Positions 63,361 to 64,000 of a stretch of DNA of 64,000 bases are shown in pieces. The notes beneath the pieces are model-generated. The model did not search any database. It saw only the letters and a list, made by a program, of their open reading frames with translations, and was not told the DNA's origin. The position numbers and the translations under genes were made by a program. The stretch comes from Epiperipatus broadwayi (taxonomy: Eukaryota > Animalia > Onychophora): contig JAQFVV010000002.1 in NCBI GenBank assembly GCA_028023455.1, forward strand, positions 24,676,001 through 24,740,000, read 5' to 3'. Within the stretch, counting starts at the first letter, position 1. Each line of letters starts with the position of its first letter.

Positions 63361-64000
63361 TTAAAACTATTTTTCCAATAAAAACCAAATCTAATCTATA
63401 AACAAATATGTCTATTCAACACTCTTACTTTTCATGTTTCATTGCATTATGTCTTCCTTCTAAAAAAATTATATTTATTGAAAGAAAATCTTGAACTATT
63501 ATCTTGAATTATAAGTACATTAATTAATTTCTCAGATTTATTTTTCTTCCTACCTTTCAATAATTCGGCTAAAATTTCATCAATTCCTGTTGTTTTGACA
63601 GTCTTTATTCCAACTGGACTGATGCATTAACATAATTCATTGTCATACAATTCATTTTTGTGTTCCTTTCTAATAATACAGATCATTTCATTTATATATT
63701 TTATCTATCTTTTAATGCATTTAATCTTTTTATAAATAACTCATTATTTCAACTGTTCCTTCATTCCCACAATCCTACTTTTCTTTTTCTATTATGTATT
63801 AAACCATACCAATTCTTTTATCTGTATATACTTCCCACTTAAAGTCCCATATCACTATTTTCTGATCAGTATTCTGTATAAAAGGTGTGATTATTTCCAG
63901 AATGGTCATGTGGTGTTACCCATGACCTAATTGTATGGAGGTCATATGAATATAGAACATTTGTATTTGGACATGTTTACACTAACACATGTGTAAATTT

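Noticed and set aside
897-63842. The 60-132 aa ORFs of the supplied track as host genes
   Set aside because: They are transposon fragments, their antisense frames, or low-complexity AT-rich chance ORFs.

Overview
Very AT-rich, CpG-depleted, repeat-dense eukaryotic (animal-like) DNA; the short ORFs in the track are transposon debris or chance. The only host coding sequence I can identify is one 62-bp exon on the minus strand (40079-40140). It encodes [21 protein letters not shown], the bridge helix of the RNA polymerase III largest subunit (POLR3A/RPC1), so the window is most likely two very large introns of that gene. The introns contain RTE-type LINE fragments, a decayed Penelope-like element (PLE) with inverted terminal repeats, a deleted Gypsy-type LTR element with a tandem array of primer-binding-site-like units, and non-autonomous hAT, Merlin, mariner and possibly piggyBac elements. 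They also contain short tRNA-Gly-derived repeats whose anticodon reads TAC. The main signal is a set of non-coding fold-back insertions from several unrelated sequence families. Five share one architecture: direct repeat (11-16 bp), inverted arm, forward arm, unpaired tail (39-46 nt), direct repeat. Most families carry minimal type-I hammerhead ribozymes whose stem III is a family-specific palindrome (ACGT, ATGCAT, ACTAGT, ACCGGT, ACCATGGT). I infer these are non-autonomous elements moved by Penelope-type machinery. All alignments were done by eye; boundaries of decayed elements are approximate.
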